From Thermoanaerobaculia bacterium (lineage in GTDB: Bacteria > Acidobacteriota > Thermoanaerobaculia > Gp7-AA8): DNA of 56,106 nucleotides. Both the position numbers and the translations under genes were made by a program. Below are positions 46,126 through 54,436 of this stretch, in pieces (position 1 is the first letter of the stretch; each line of letters starts with the position of its first letter). Below the pieces are notes generated by a model that saw only the letters and a list, made by a program, of their open reading frames with translations, did no database searches and had not been told where the DNA came from. The DNA lies in NCBI GenBank assembly GCA_035255945.1, contig DATEZA010000280.1, positions 1-56,106 on the forward strand, written 5' to 3'.

Positions 46126-46757
46126 TCAATATCGTCCTGGCTGACGATCATCCCATCGTCCGTCGCGGACTGACGCAGTTCTTCGAGGAGGTCGATGACC
46201 TGCGCGTGGTCGCGGAGTGCGAAGACGGCGAGAGCGCGCTGGACGAAGTGCGCAAACACAATCCCGACGTGCTGATCGTCGACTTGCGCATGCCGCGCGC
46301 GAGCGGCCTCGAGGTGCTGCGCCGCCTGCGCAGCGAAGAGAAACAACCGGCGACGATCATTCTCGCGGGCAACATCAGCGATGACGAGGTCGTCGAAGCG
46401 ATGCGCCTCGGCGCGAAAGGCGTCGTGTTGAAGGAGATGGCGCCGATGCTGCTCGTGCAGTGCATCCGCAAAGTCGCGGCGGGCGGCGTGTGGCTGGAGA
46501 AGGAAGCGATCGGCCGCACGCTCGGCAAGCTCCTGCAGGGCGCGGGCGAAGCGGCCCGCGCGCGAAACATCCTCACCAATCGGGAGATCGAGATCGTGAG
46601 GATGGTCGCGGAAGGATTCGGAAATCGCGAAGTCGCCGAGCGCCTCTTCATCAGCGAAGGAACGGTGAAGTCGCACCTGCACACGATCTACGAAAAACTC
46701 GCACTGAAAAGCCGCGTGCAGCTGGTCGCCTACGTCCGCGAGAACGGACTGATGTAG
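46122..46757 (+). CDS. NarL/LuxR-family response regulator
   Basis: LADDHPIVR, VDLRMP, GVVLK, LTNREIEI, SEGTVKSHL..IY.KL. Confidence 0.96.
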   Translation: MINIVLADDHPIVRRGLTQFFEEVDDLRVVAECEDGESALDEVRKHNPDVLIVDLRMPRASGLEVLRRLRSEEKQPATIILAGNISDDEVVEAMRLGAKGVVLKEMAPMLLVQCIRKVAAGGVWLEKEAIGRTLGKLLQGAGEAARARNILTNREIEIVRMVAEGFGNREVAERLFISEGTVKSHLHTIYEKLALKSRVQLVAYVRENGLM

Positions 46758-46844
46758 GACAAGCTCTCCAGGGGGTTGGTGTAGGACAAGCTCTCAGCTT
46801 GTCCCCCCAGGGGGCCGGGGGGGCAAGCTGAGAGCTTGCCCTAC
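46754..46844. repeat. GTAG-tagged REPs: partial unit containing the response-regulator stop, then an inverted pair 46781-46844
   Basis: gtaggacaagctctc twice; gtaggacaagctctcagcttgtcc ... gggcaagctgagagcttgccctac. Confidence 0.85.
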
Positions 46845-46946
46845 ACCAGACACAACACACACAACACGCACACACACACACAACACGCACACGCAGACGC
46901 ACACACAACACACCCACGCACACACCCACACACACCCCCCCACCCC
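46845..46946. repeat. Low-complexity AC-rich tract
   Basis: About 100 nt almost entirely A/C with no fixed period. Confidence 0.8.
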
Positions 46947-48419
46947 TCACTGACACGCGCCCGGCCCGATCGTTCCACTGTTGTATTGATCGAGTATCGA
47001 CATCCACGTATTGACCTGCTTCTGCGTGTTCTTGTTCATCGCGGACCAGTCGGCGGAGTTGTTCGATGCGAGGAACGTGTCGACGCTCGAGAGCAGCGAG
47101 CTCACCGCCGCGGGCGAGGCGCCGCGGAAGATGTTGAGCTTCGCAGCGAGCAACTGCGCGTAGAGCTTGTTCACGCCATTCGATGCTTCGCCGTTGAACG
47201 AGAGGACATTCACCGCCTGCGCGGCGGTCGTCACCTTGACGGTTTTCGCGCCGCCGGTCGCGCCGAGGGATTGCGGGAGCTCGGGTGTGACGCGGTCGGG
47301 ATTGTGGCCGGTGAAGCCGGCGTGCGTTTTCCAGTAGCCGATGCCGAGGGTGCAGTTCGGACCACCGCCACCACCGGTGCTGCCGCAGGAGCCGGTGTAA
47401 ATCTGCGTCGTCGCGGCGGCGATGAAGACGTGCTCGCCGTCGAAGAGCGACGCGCCGTTGATCACTGCCGCGACGTTGTCGCAGGTCACCGAGACATTCG
47501 TCACCGGCACCGAGCAGGCGAACGAGCCGCCGTTCGGCGCGGTGTAGAACGCGGACGCCAGCGGGCTCACGAGCGACCAGCCGGTGGAAGTGTTGTCCGC
47601 ATTGGCGACATTCGCGCCGCTGTCAACGACCGACGCGCTGGTATGCAGCTCGGTCGCAGGCCTGCCGAATGTGTAGTCGGCGGAGCCGTCGAATGTCGCG
47701 GCGTTCGCGAGCGTCGCGGTCGCGTTGATCGTGCCATTGACCGGACCGCTTCGAGACATCGAATACGTGCAGACGAGATCGCCGCCGGCGGTGATCGTGT
47801 ACGGCGCGGAGCCGCCGCATTGCAGCGAGGCCGGTGTGCCGGTCAGCGATGTGACCGTTACGGACATCGGCGCGGGATTGTGCACGGTCACCAGGCCGCT
47901 GACTTTCCACGCGCTGTCGACAGCGTTCGGAGTTGCGGTGATCGTGAAGCCGACCGTTGCGGATGCGCCGCGCAGGATGGTGATCGGACCCGGCGAATTC
48001 GAGGTTTTCGTCAGCGTCCAATGCCAGTCGCGCGTGTACGACGCGTCGGCCGACGGCACGACGAGCAAACCCCAGATGTTGGTCGTGCACTGGGCGGCGC
48101 TGCCGGAGTCGTTATCGGCGAAAGCGGTGACGTTGGAGATGTGTGCTCCGGCGACGGCGTCCGTCACGGGGATCGTCCACGAATTCGAGGCGCCGGCTGC
48201 GAGCGTGGCGAGCGAGAGCGTGCCGCCGTCGGAATCGATGACTACGATGTTCGTCAGCGGCGAGCTGCCGGTGTTCGTGACCGTGATCGTCGACGTGAAG
48301 GTGTCGTTGACGAATGCGTCGGATGCGCACGTTTTCCGGACGGAGAGGCTGGAGTCATCCTGAGCAAATGCCGGCATCGCGAAGAGCAGGCAGAGGAACG
48401 TCCATGTGGAGAATCGCAT
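46947..48419 (-). CDS. Secreted Ig-fold/DUF11-like surface protein with a GYWKTH C-terminal domain
   Basis: Signal peptide, T/S/A-rich beta repeats (ITVTNTG, WTLTKTS), CTLGIGYWKTH, LYAQLLAAKLN, LDQYNSG.IGPG.C. Confidence 0.85.
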   Translation of the reverse strand: MRFSTWTFLCLLFAMPAFAQDDSSLSVRKTCASDAFVNDTFTSTITVTNTGSSPLTNIVVIDSDGGTLSLATLAAGASNSWTIPVTDAVAGAHISNVTAFADNDSGSAAQCTTNIWGLLVVPSADASYTRDWHWTLTKTSNSPGPITILRGASATVGFTITATPNAVDSAWKVSGLVTVHNPAPMSVTVTSLTGTPASLQCGGSAPYTITAGGDLVCTYSMSRSGPVNGTINATATLANAATFDGSADYTFGRPATELHTSASVVDSGANVANADNTSTGWSLVSPLASAFYTAPNGGSFACSVPVTNVSVTCDNVAAVINGASLFDGEHVFIAAATTQIYTGSCGSTGGGGGPNCTLGIGYWKTHAGFTGHNPDRVTPELPQSLGATGGAKTVKVTTAAQAVNVLSFNGEASNGVNKLYAQLLAAKLNIFRGASPAAVSSLLSSVDTFLASNNSADWSAMNKNTQKQVNTWMSILDQYNSGTIGPGACQ

Positions 48420-48487
48420 GCGGGCAAATTAGGTGCGACGTTCGGGTGCAACCATCTGCGGAAGGGTAGATTTTTCTATACAGAACG

Positions 48488-48724
48488 ATCTATATCGAAC
48501 GATAGAGGCCGCAAAAACCGCCTGAAAAGACGTTGGGCCGCCGATGCGGCGGCCCTACGTGCCCCCTGTCCCTGCCTTCACAACCTGCGGAGGAGGAAGC
48601 GTTGGACCCGTCCGCCCCATTGTCCGCGAGAGGATGTTGTGAATTGCCGACAAGATACGGACAAAGAGCGCTGGTGACCATCCGGAGGAAGGTAGGTTTT
48701 ATCTATATCTTTCGATATATATCG
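48488..48724. promoter_or_regulatory. Two copies of a candidate operator ATCTATATC-N3-CGATA(G/T)A in the divergent intergenic region
   Basis: 48488-48506 and 48701-48719; the second overlaps the perfect palindrome CGATATATATCG (48713-48724). Confidence 0.6.
48535..48558 (-). repeat. Single GTAG-tagged REP hairpin
   Basis: Reverse complement reads GTAGGGCCGCCGCATCGGCGGCCC. Confidence 0.7.
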
Positions 48725-48732
48725 TTTTCGAA

Positions 48733-49008
48733 ATGCTCTTCACGAAGTACCTGCGCGACGGCGTCCGCTCCGGTGCAATCACCTGCAGCGTTCGGGTGTG
48801 GCACCGGCCGCGCGTGTCGGCCGGCAAGCGGTACGCGATGGAAGGCGGCGAGATCGAAGTCGATTCGATCGAAGAGATCACGTTCGATGACGTCACGCCG
48901 GGGCTCGCGCGCGCCTGCGGCTTCGGAAGCGTCGCCGATCTGCTGAAAGTGGCGAAGCACGGAAGCGGCGAGAACGTTTATCTCGTACGCTTTCACTACA
49001 TCGCTTAA
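48733..49008 (+). CDS. ASCH/PUA-like domain protein
   Basis: GVRSGAITCSVR.W, GKRY, IEVDSI, LARACGF...LL, YLVRF. Confidence 0.75.
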   Translation: MLFTKYLRDGVRSGAITCSVRVWHRPRVSAGKRYAMEGGEIEVDSIEEITFDDVTPGLARACGFGSVADLLKVAKHGSGENVYLVRFHYIA

Positions 49009-49089
49009 CCGGGCGGAACGCCGGCGACCTCCGTGGTTTTTGCACTGAATCGTTTATGCTGCGTGCTGGTCAGTCCAAGGGGTCCCATC

Positions 49090-49707
49090 ATGCTCAGAGA
49101 GGAACGGTCGGAGCGGTGCCGGCGACAGGTGCTGGACGCCGCATTGCGATTGTTCGCCCAACACGGCTACGGCGCGACGAGCGTCCGTGAGATTGCGGAA
49201 GAAGCCAAAGTCTCGGTCGGCGCGGTCTATCACCACTTTCCCGACAAAGAAGCGATGTTCCGGACGCTGATCGACGAGTACAAGACGATCACGACCGAGC
49301 CGCGCTTTCCGTTTTACCGCGCCATCCGCACGGGGTTGTTTCCGAACAATCTCGAGCAGCTCGGCTACGCGGCGCGCGACAGCGTCCGCCAGTACCGCGA
49401 TTACCAGGTGCTGTTCTTCGTCGACGTGATCGAGTTCCAGGGCGAGCACGTGCGCCAGTTCTACGAAGGCCTCGCCGAGCGGTTCACCACGTTTCTCGAC
49501 GAACAGAAAGCGCGCGGCGACGACATGACCTCGCGCCTCCGCCCCGGCGTCTCCCCGAAGTCCGCGCTCATGCTCGCGTCGCGGATCTTCTTCAACTATT
49601 TCCAGATGGAAGTGCTGTTCGGAGTATCGGAGCCGTTCGGAAAGAGCTCGGCGGAGATGGTGAGAGAAGTGGCGGATATTCTTCGCTTCGGTGTCGGGAC
49701 GGAGTGA
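49090..49707 (+). CDS. TetR/AcrR-family regulator
   Basis: VLDAALRLFAQHGYGATSVREIAEEAKVSVGAVYHHFPDKE. Confidence 0.95.
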   Translation: MLREERSERCRRQVLDAALRLFAQHGYGATSVREIAEEAKVSVGAVYHHFPDKEAMFRTLIDEYKTITTEPRFPFYRAIRTGLFPNNLEQLGYAARDSVRQYRDYQVLFFVDVIEFQGEHVRQFYEGLAERFTTFLDEQKARGDDMTSRLRPGVSPKSALMLASRIFFNYFQMEVLFGVSEPFGKSSAEMVREVADILRFGVGTE

Positions 49708-49708
49708 T

Positions 49709-49785
49709 AGAGAAACTGAGAGACGAAGAGACTGAGAGACGAAGAGACTGAGATTCGTGGCTCCTCAGTCTCGCCGTCTCTCTGT
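49709..49785. repeat. 8/16-mer array (GAGACTGA/GAGACGAA) with a partial inverted counterpart
   Basis: gagaaactgagagacgaagagactgagagacgaagagactgaga ... ctcagtctcgccgtctctctg. Confidence 0.75.
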
Positions 49786-49798
49786 ATCTTTGTCTTAC

Positions 49799-50542
49799 AT
49801 GTGGAACCCTGATCAATACGAACGATTCAAAGCCGAGCGCGCGCAGCCGTTTCACGATCTGGTTGCGCTGATCGAAAAACGTCCTCGCATGCATGTCGTC
49901 GATTTCGGATGCGGGACGGGCGAGCTGACTCGTTCCCTGCACGAGCATCTCGCGGCGGAAGAAACGCTCGGCATCGATAACTCGGAGACGATGCTTTTGA
50001 AGTCGAGCGCGTTCGGGGGCGAAGTCGTTCACTTTCGCAAAGGCGACATCGAAGCGTTCGTCGCCGATCGTCCGTTCGATCTCGTGTTTTCCAACGCTGC
50101 ATTGCATTGGGTCGAAGAGCACGAAGCGCTCTTCACGAAGCTCGCGGGCTTCCTCACTCCGCACGGACAGCTCGCCATCCAGATGCCGGCGAACGAAGAC
50201 CACCCATCACACGCCGTCGCCCGCGAGGTCGCCCAGTCCCTCGGACACGCACCGCGCATCTCGTCCGTTCTTCCCGTGGAGCGTTACGCGGCGCTGCTCC
50301 ATCGACTCGGCTTCGCACGTCAGCACGTGCGGATGCAGATCTACGGACACGTGCTCGACGAGCCGCGCGATGTGATCGAGTGGGTGCGCGGATCGCTGCT
50401 GACGGATTACCAGCAGCGGATGTCGGAGGCCGGCTTCACGCGCTTCCTCCAGGTGTACGAAGAACGGCTGCTGCCGGTCCTCGGCGATTCGCGGCCGTTC
50501 TTCTACACCTACAAGCGGATCCTGATCTGGGGCAGCTACTAG
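49799..50542 (+). CDS. tam: Trans-aconitate 2-methyltransferase-like SAM methyltransferase
   Basis: WNPDQYERF..ER.QPF.DL, DFGCGTG, GIDNS..ML, FSNAALHWV, QMPAN. Confidence 0.85.
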   Translation: MWNPDQYERFKAERAQPFHDLVALIEKRPRMHVVDFGCGTGELTRSLHEHLAAEETLGIDNSETMLLKSSAFGGEVVHFRKGDIEAFVADRPFDLVFSNAALHWVEEHEALFTKLAGFLTPHGQLAIQMPANEDHPSHAVAREVAQSLGHAPRISSVLPVERYAALLHRLGFARQHVRMQIYGHVLDEPRDVIEWVRGSLLTDYQQRMSEAGFTRFLQVYEERLLPVLGDSRPFFYTYKRILIWGSY

Positions 50543-50928
50543 TGCTCCTGTGAGGTTCGCTTGCGCGCGCGTGTGGACGCGGGCGGCGTGTACAGCTCCT
50601 CATCCTCGAAGCTCATCTCACCGGAGCGGCGCGCCTCCAGAAACACAATCAGTCCCGCGGTCACGGTGACCGCGCCGAGGACTGCGACGAGCACTTCCGG
50701 GTTGCGGCGGACGTAGTCGACGGCATCGTCGAGCCACGCTTCAAAGTCGATGTTTTCCAGCCGCGTGCGCAAGTGACCGACGACCAGGTCCTTCACGCCG
50801 AGCTTGTCGATGAGCTCCATGATGGCGTCGGGTGAGAGCGCTGCCGCGGCCACATCGCGTACTGCGGCGGTCTTCGCGCGCGTCTTCCCCGTCCGCCCGT
50901 TACCGCTTTCTTTCGCAGTGGTAGGCAT
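50539..50928 (-). CDS. Small protein with a C-terminal TM helix (weakly YqjD/ElaB-like)
   Basis: GGAGG RBS; basic N-terminus; DYVRRNP followed by a hydrophobic helix. Confidence 0.7.
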   Translation of the reverse strand: MPTTAKESGNGRTGKTRAKTAAVRDVAAAALSPDAIMELIDKLGVKDLVVGHLRTRLENIDFEAWLDDAVDYVRRNPEVLVAVLGAVTVTAGLIVFLEARRSGEMSFEDEELYTPPASTRARKRTSQEH

Positions 50929-50973
50929 AGTTTCCTCCACTGTTTGAAAGTGCAAGCGGCAGGCCGCACGCTC

Positions 50974-51081
50974 GGAGTGCGGCGGCCATGCCGCCGCTGA
51001 TTTCTTCCGCGACGGCCATGCCGTCGCGCTGCCGCGGCATGGCCGCGGCTGTCTAGAGCGGCGGCATGGCCGCCGCACTCC
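50974..51081. repeat. REPIN-like nested palindrome, GGAGTGCGGCGGC family, abutting the anti-sigma stop
   Basis: Same architecture as 44326-44434. Confidence 0.9.
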
Positions 51082-51546
51082 TCATTCCTCTGCGAGGATG
51101 GTGTGCAGGGCGACCATGATGGTCAGCGACGCCAGGATGACGAGCGCGACCAGGAATGTGATCGAGAACTGCGCAGTCGCCGCATCGGTCGACGTGCCGA
51201 TGACGAACGCGCCCGGCGTCAGGCGATGAATCCAGCGGCTGAGCACGTCCCACTTCCACGTCATCACCGCGGCCCAGCACGCCGCGATCACCAGATACGC
51301 GCTCATCTGCACCGTCGTCATCGGACGCGTGACTCGTTCCGCCACCGCAGTGTTGCGCAGCAGTTGCGCTTTCAGCCACACGACGGATGGATCCGGCAGC
51401 ATGTGCTCCCGGTCGGGCATCGCTGCGAATTTCACCATCCACGCGGCGGCCGAGCAATCGGGGCACGTGTCGATGTGCGCGCGGAGCTCGTCGCTCCACC
51501 CGCCTTTCCGAACGTCCGCTTCGCGGCGGCAGACGTCGTCGGTCAT
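51082..51546 (-). CDS. Zinc-binding (ZAS) membrane anti-sigma factor
   Basis: HIDTCPDC (HX3CX2C), two TM helices, overlaps the ECF stop. Confidence 0.85.
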   Translation of the reverse strand: MTDDVCRREADVRKGGWSDELRAHIDTCPDCSAAAWMVKFAAMPDREHMLPDPSVVWLKAQLLRNTAVAERVTRPMTTVQMSAYLVIAACWAAVMTWKWDVLSRWIHRLTPGAFVIGTSTDAATAQFSITFLVALVILASLTIMVALHTILAEE

Positions 51547-52109
51547 GACACGATCCCTTTCTTCCGGAGCAGCTCGGCCAGACGCTTGCGCGCCCGGAAC
51601 AGCAGCACCTTCACACTCTTCGTCTTCACGCCCAAGGCCTCGGCGATGTCCACGTGCTCAGACTCTTCGACGTGCGCCAGCCAGAGAAGTGCCCTCTCGC
51701 GCGGTTTCAGCTCGGCAAACGTTCGCATCATGTCGTGACGAAGATCGGCCGTATCGCGCGACGTGCCTTCCTCGATGATCACCATCTCGCGCCCGCGCTC
51801 GCGCTTCGTTTCGCGGAAATGATCGAACGCGAGATTGGTCGCGGTGCGGAACAGGTAGCGGCGCAGATGATCGTCGTTCGCCACCTGCGGATTCGCGCGA
51901 AGAAAGCGGAAGAACGACTTCTGCAGCAGATCATCGGCGATCGCCGGATCGCCGGTCATGCGATAGATGTACGACCAGAGGCTTCCCGCATTCGCGCGAT
52001 AGAACGCCTCGAAGCGAGCTTCATCCATGGGCCGCGGAGCGCGCTTCGGAGGCGCGGTCCGTTCCATCGGAAGAGTCGCAGGCAACAGCATCATCGCGTC
52101 CGCAGTCAT
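51543..52109 (-). CDS. ECF RNA polymerase sigma factor
   Basis: ADDLLQKSFFRF region 2, YLFRTATN, LKPRER, IAEALGV...VKVLLFRARKRL region 4. Confidence 0.95.
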   Translation of the reverse strand: MTADAMMLLPATLPMERTAPPKRAPRPMDEARFEAFYRANAGSLWSYIYRMTGDPAIADDLLQKSFFRFLRANPQVANDDHLRRYLFRTATNLAFDHFRETKRERGREMVIIEEGTSRDTADLRHDMMRTFAELKPRERALLWLAHVEESEHVDIAEALGVKTKSVKVLLFRARKRLAELLRKKGIVS

Positions 52110-52115
52110 GAGTCA

Positions 52116-52577
52116 TCACACGTGCAGTTCGGACGACTCCTGGTCCATCAATCCCCAGTTACGCGACAGCTTGAGCGAAAGAAGGGCGGAGAGGAAGAGG
52201 CCGGCGCCGAGGAAGAGCAAAAGAAAACCGGTGACGATGCAGAACTCGTTGTAGGTCGCGGGGAGGAATCCGATGATCAGGAAACCGAGACCGACCATCG
52301 TGATGACGAGCGACTTGCCGATTCCGCGGATGATGCGATCGCGCGCGCTGCGCTTCGGTCCGCTCTCGATCTCGCCGAGGAACTGCCGGCCTTCGTCAGT
52401 CTTGAGGAACGCGAGCAGCTCGGGCGCGGAGCCGAATTTGTCGATCAGTTTGGTCTGAACCCCGGCCTGCATCTGAGCGCGGCGTTCTTTTCCTCTGACC
52501 GCCGCGACGATGATGATCGTGACCATCGCCATCCCCGCAGGCCCGCAAATGAGCGGAACCAGAAACCAGAATTCCAT
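52116..52577 (-). CDS. DUF6249-like membrane protein
   Basis: N-terminal TM, KLIDKFGSAPEL..FL.TDEG..F, two C-terminal TMs; first gene of the ECF cassette. Confidence 0.7.
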   Translation of the reverse strand: MEFWFLVPLICGPAGMAMVTIIIVAAVRGKERRAQMQAGVQTKLIDKFGSAPELLAFLKTDEGRQFLGEIESGPKRSARDRIIRGIGKSLVITMVGLGFLIIGFLPATYNEFCIVTGFLLLFLGAGLFLSALLSLKLSRNWGLMDQESSELHV

Positions 52578-52578
52578 G

Positions 52579-52611
52579 AAAAAGCCTCCAGAAGTGTGAA
52601 TCCGGAGGCTT
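52579..52611 (-). terminator. Hairpin plus T-run that contains the RBS of the DUF6249-like gene
   Basis: Minus strand AAGCCTCC-14 nt-GGAGGCTTTTTC-ATG. Confidence 0.5.
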
Positions 52612-52612
52612 A

Positions 52613-52639
52613 TACGGGGCGGGCGGGGTTTGGGTTAAC
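52613..52639 (-). promoter_or_regulatory. ECF-type promoter GTTAACC-N16-CGTA
   Basis: AAC -35 and CGT -10 cores with 16-nt spacing, upstream of the ECF cassette. Confidence 0.7.
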
Positions 52640-52646
52640 AGCAATT

Positions 52647-53135
52647 TCAGTCGCGGCGCGGCGGGATGGCCGTCGCGCTCGCGGGGATCTTCGCCTTCTC
52701 CGCGTTCGCCCAGTCGCAGATCGCGTTGCGGTCCGCCGGCGAGAGCGGCGCGTCGTGATGCATCCACAAGTACGACGGCAACGGCATCTCGCGCTTGTTC
52801 ACCTGTTCGCAGATCTCCTGGAGCTTGCGCGCCTTCCGCTTCTGCGAGTAGGTCGCCCACTCCGAAAAGTTCAGCTCCGCGCGGCCGTCCTTCACGTGAT
52901 CGCTCAGCATCCACGACACCGGCGCGATGTTGGTGTACCACGGCCAGATCGTCTTGCTCGAGTGGCAGTCGTTGCACGAACGGCTGAGGATCGTCTGCAC
53001 GTTCGGCGGGATCGACATCGTCTGCTCCATCGTCTTCGTCTGATCGACCGGCGGATTGGTGCGCGACGGCCGGTAGAGCTGCATCAACACGAAGATGACG
53101 ACGAGCGCGAGGAGGATCCGTTTGAAGATTCTCAT
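52647..53135 (-). CDS. Haem-binding domain (cytochrome c-like) protein
   Basis: RTNPP, SCNDCHS (CXXCH), WPWY..IAP.SW, GR.ELNFSEW, MPL.SY..MH. Confidence 0.9.
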   Translation of the reverse strand: MRIFKRILLALVVIFVLMQLYRPSRTNPPVDQTKTMEQTMSIPPNVQTILSRSCNDCHSSKTIWPWYTNIAPVSWMLSDHVKDGRAELNFSEWATYSQKRKARKLQEICEQVNKREMPLPSYLWMHHDAPLSPADRNAICDWANAEKAKIPASATAIPPRRD

Positions 53136-53141
53136 GACGTA

Positions 53142-54413
53142 CTAACGATTGACCCAGATCTTTCCATCCTTCATCACGAAGCGGACTTTCTCCATCACGC
53201 TGATGTCATCGAGCGGATTGCCGGGCACGGCGACGATGTCCGCGAGCTTGCCCGATTCGATCGAGCCGAGCTGATCGTCCTGCCCGAGGAGTTGCGCGGC
53301 GACGATCGTTGCGGAGCGGATCGCCTGCATCGGCGTCATACCGAACTTCGTCTCGTACGTGAACTCGCGCGCCTCGTTCAAATCCCACGGAAAACCGCCG
53401 ACATCCGTGCCGAACGCAATCTTCACGCCCTTCTTCAGCGCGCGCTGGAACGAGTCGTGGTGATACGCCGGCATCTTTCCCCAGATCGCGCCGCCCGCCG
53501 CGGTCCGGCCCGGCGCGACGTACTCCGTCACCGTCAGCGTCGGCACGAGGTACGTGCCGTTCTTCACCATCACGTCGAGCAGCTCGTCGGGAATCGCGAC
53601 GCCGTGCTCGATCGTATCGACGCCGGCAGTCAGCGCGTTCGTGATTCCCGGCCGCGCCATCGCATGCGCCGCGACTTTGTGCCGCAGGCGATGCGCTTCA
53701 TCGACGATCGCCTTCATCTCGTCGGGCGTGAAGGTCGGGATCGATGACAGCGTGCCGTCCTTCGCCACGAAGTACGAACGATCGGCGTAGACCTTGATCC
53801 AGTCCGCGCCGTGCGCGATCTGTTCGCGCACCGCCTTGCGCGCGTTCTCCACGCCGTCGACGATCTGCACGCCCATCGGATACGACACCTCGGGCGCATA
53901 GCCGCTCGGTCCGTAGCCGCCGGTGACCGACATCGCGCGCGTCGACACGAACATGCGCGGCCCTTCGATCACGCCGTTGTTGATGGCGTGCTTGACGTCG
54001 ACGTCGGTGTACATCGCGCCTTCGGTCTCCAGATCGCGCATCGTGGTGAAGCCGTTCTCCAGTCCGATCTTCACCGCGCGGCTCGCCCGCAGCGCGCGAT
54101 ACGCCAGCGATTCCTTGAACAGCTGCGCGTCGTAATCCTCGGCCGTGATGTCGCCCTGCAGCAGGATGTGCGTGTGCGTGTCGATGAGTCCCGGCAACAG
54201 CGTGGCGTCGCCGAGGTCGATCACCTTCGCGTTCGCGGGAACGGCGATGTTCGAGCCGGCGGCTTCGATGTGATTGCCGCGGATCACGATCACGGCGGGC
54301 GCGATCACGGCGTCCGATTTGCCGTCGATCATGCGCGCGGCGCGGAGGACCGTGATGTCGTCGGCGGCGAAGAGCGGCGTCGCAAAGAGAAGCGCAAGGA
54401 TCAGGCGTTTCAT
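53142..54413 (-). CDS. Secreted metal-dependent amidohydrolase (Xaa-Pro dipeptidase-like)
   Basis: LPGLIDTHTH, GFTTMRD, GADWIK, KVAAHA, TIEHG, AFGTD, GKLADIVAV. Confidence 0.93.
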   Translation of the reverse strand: MKRLILALLFATPLFAADDITVLRAARMIDGKSDAVIAPAVIVIRGNHIEAAGSNIAVPANAKVIDLGDATLLPGLIDTHTHILLQGDITAEDYDAQLFKESLAYRALRASRAVKIGLENGFTTMRDLETEGAMYTDVDVKHAINNGVIEGPRMFVSTRAMSVTGGYGPSGYAPEVSYPMGVQIVDGVENARKAVREQIAHGADWIKVYADRSYFVAKDGTLSSIPTFTPDEMKAIVDEAHRLRHKVAAHAMARPGITNALTAGVDTIEHGVAIPDELLDVMVKNGTYLVPTLTVTEYVAPGRTAAGGAIWGKMPAYHHDSFQRALKKGVKIAFGTDVGGFPWDLNEAREFTYETKFGMTPMQAIRSATIVAAQLLGQDDQLGSIESGKLADIVAVPGNPLDDISVMEKVRFVMKDGKIWVNR

Positions 54414-54436
54414 GCCGCGGTATTGTAGAGAGCGAA

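Noticed and set aside
48483-48500. Acidobacterial LexA box (GTTC-N7-GTTC type)
   Set aside because: The two GAAC half-sites are 10 nt apart, not 7.
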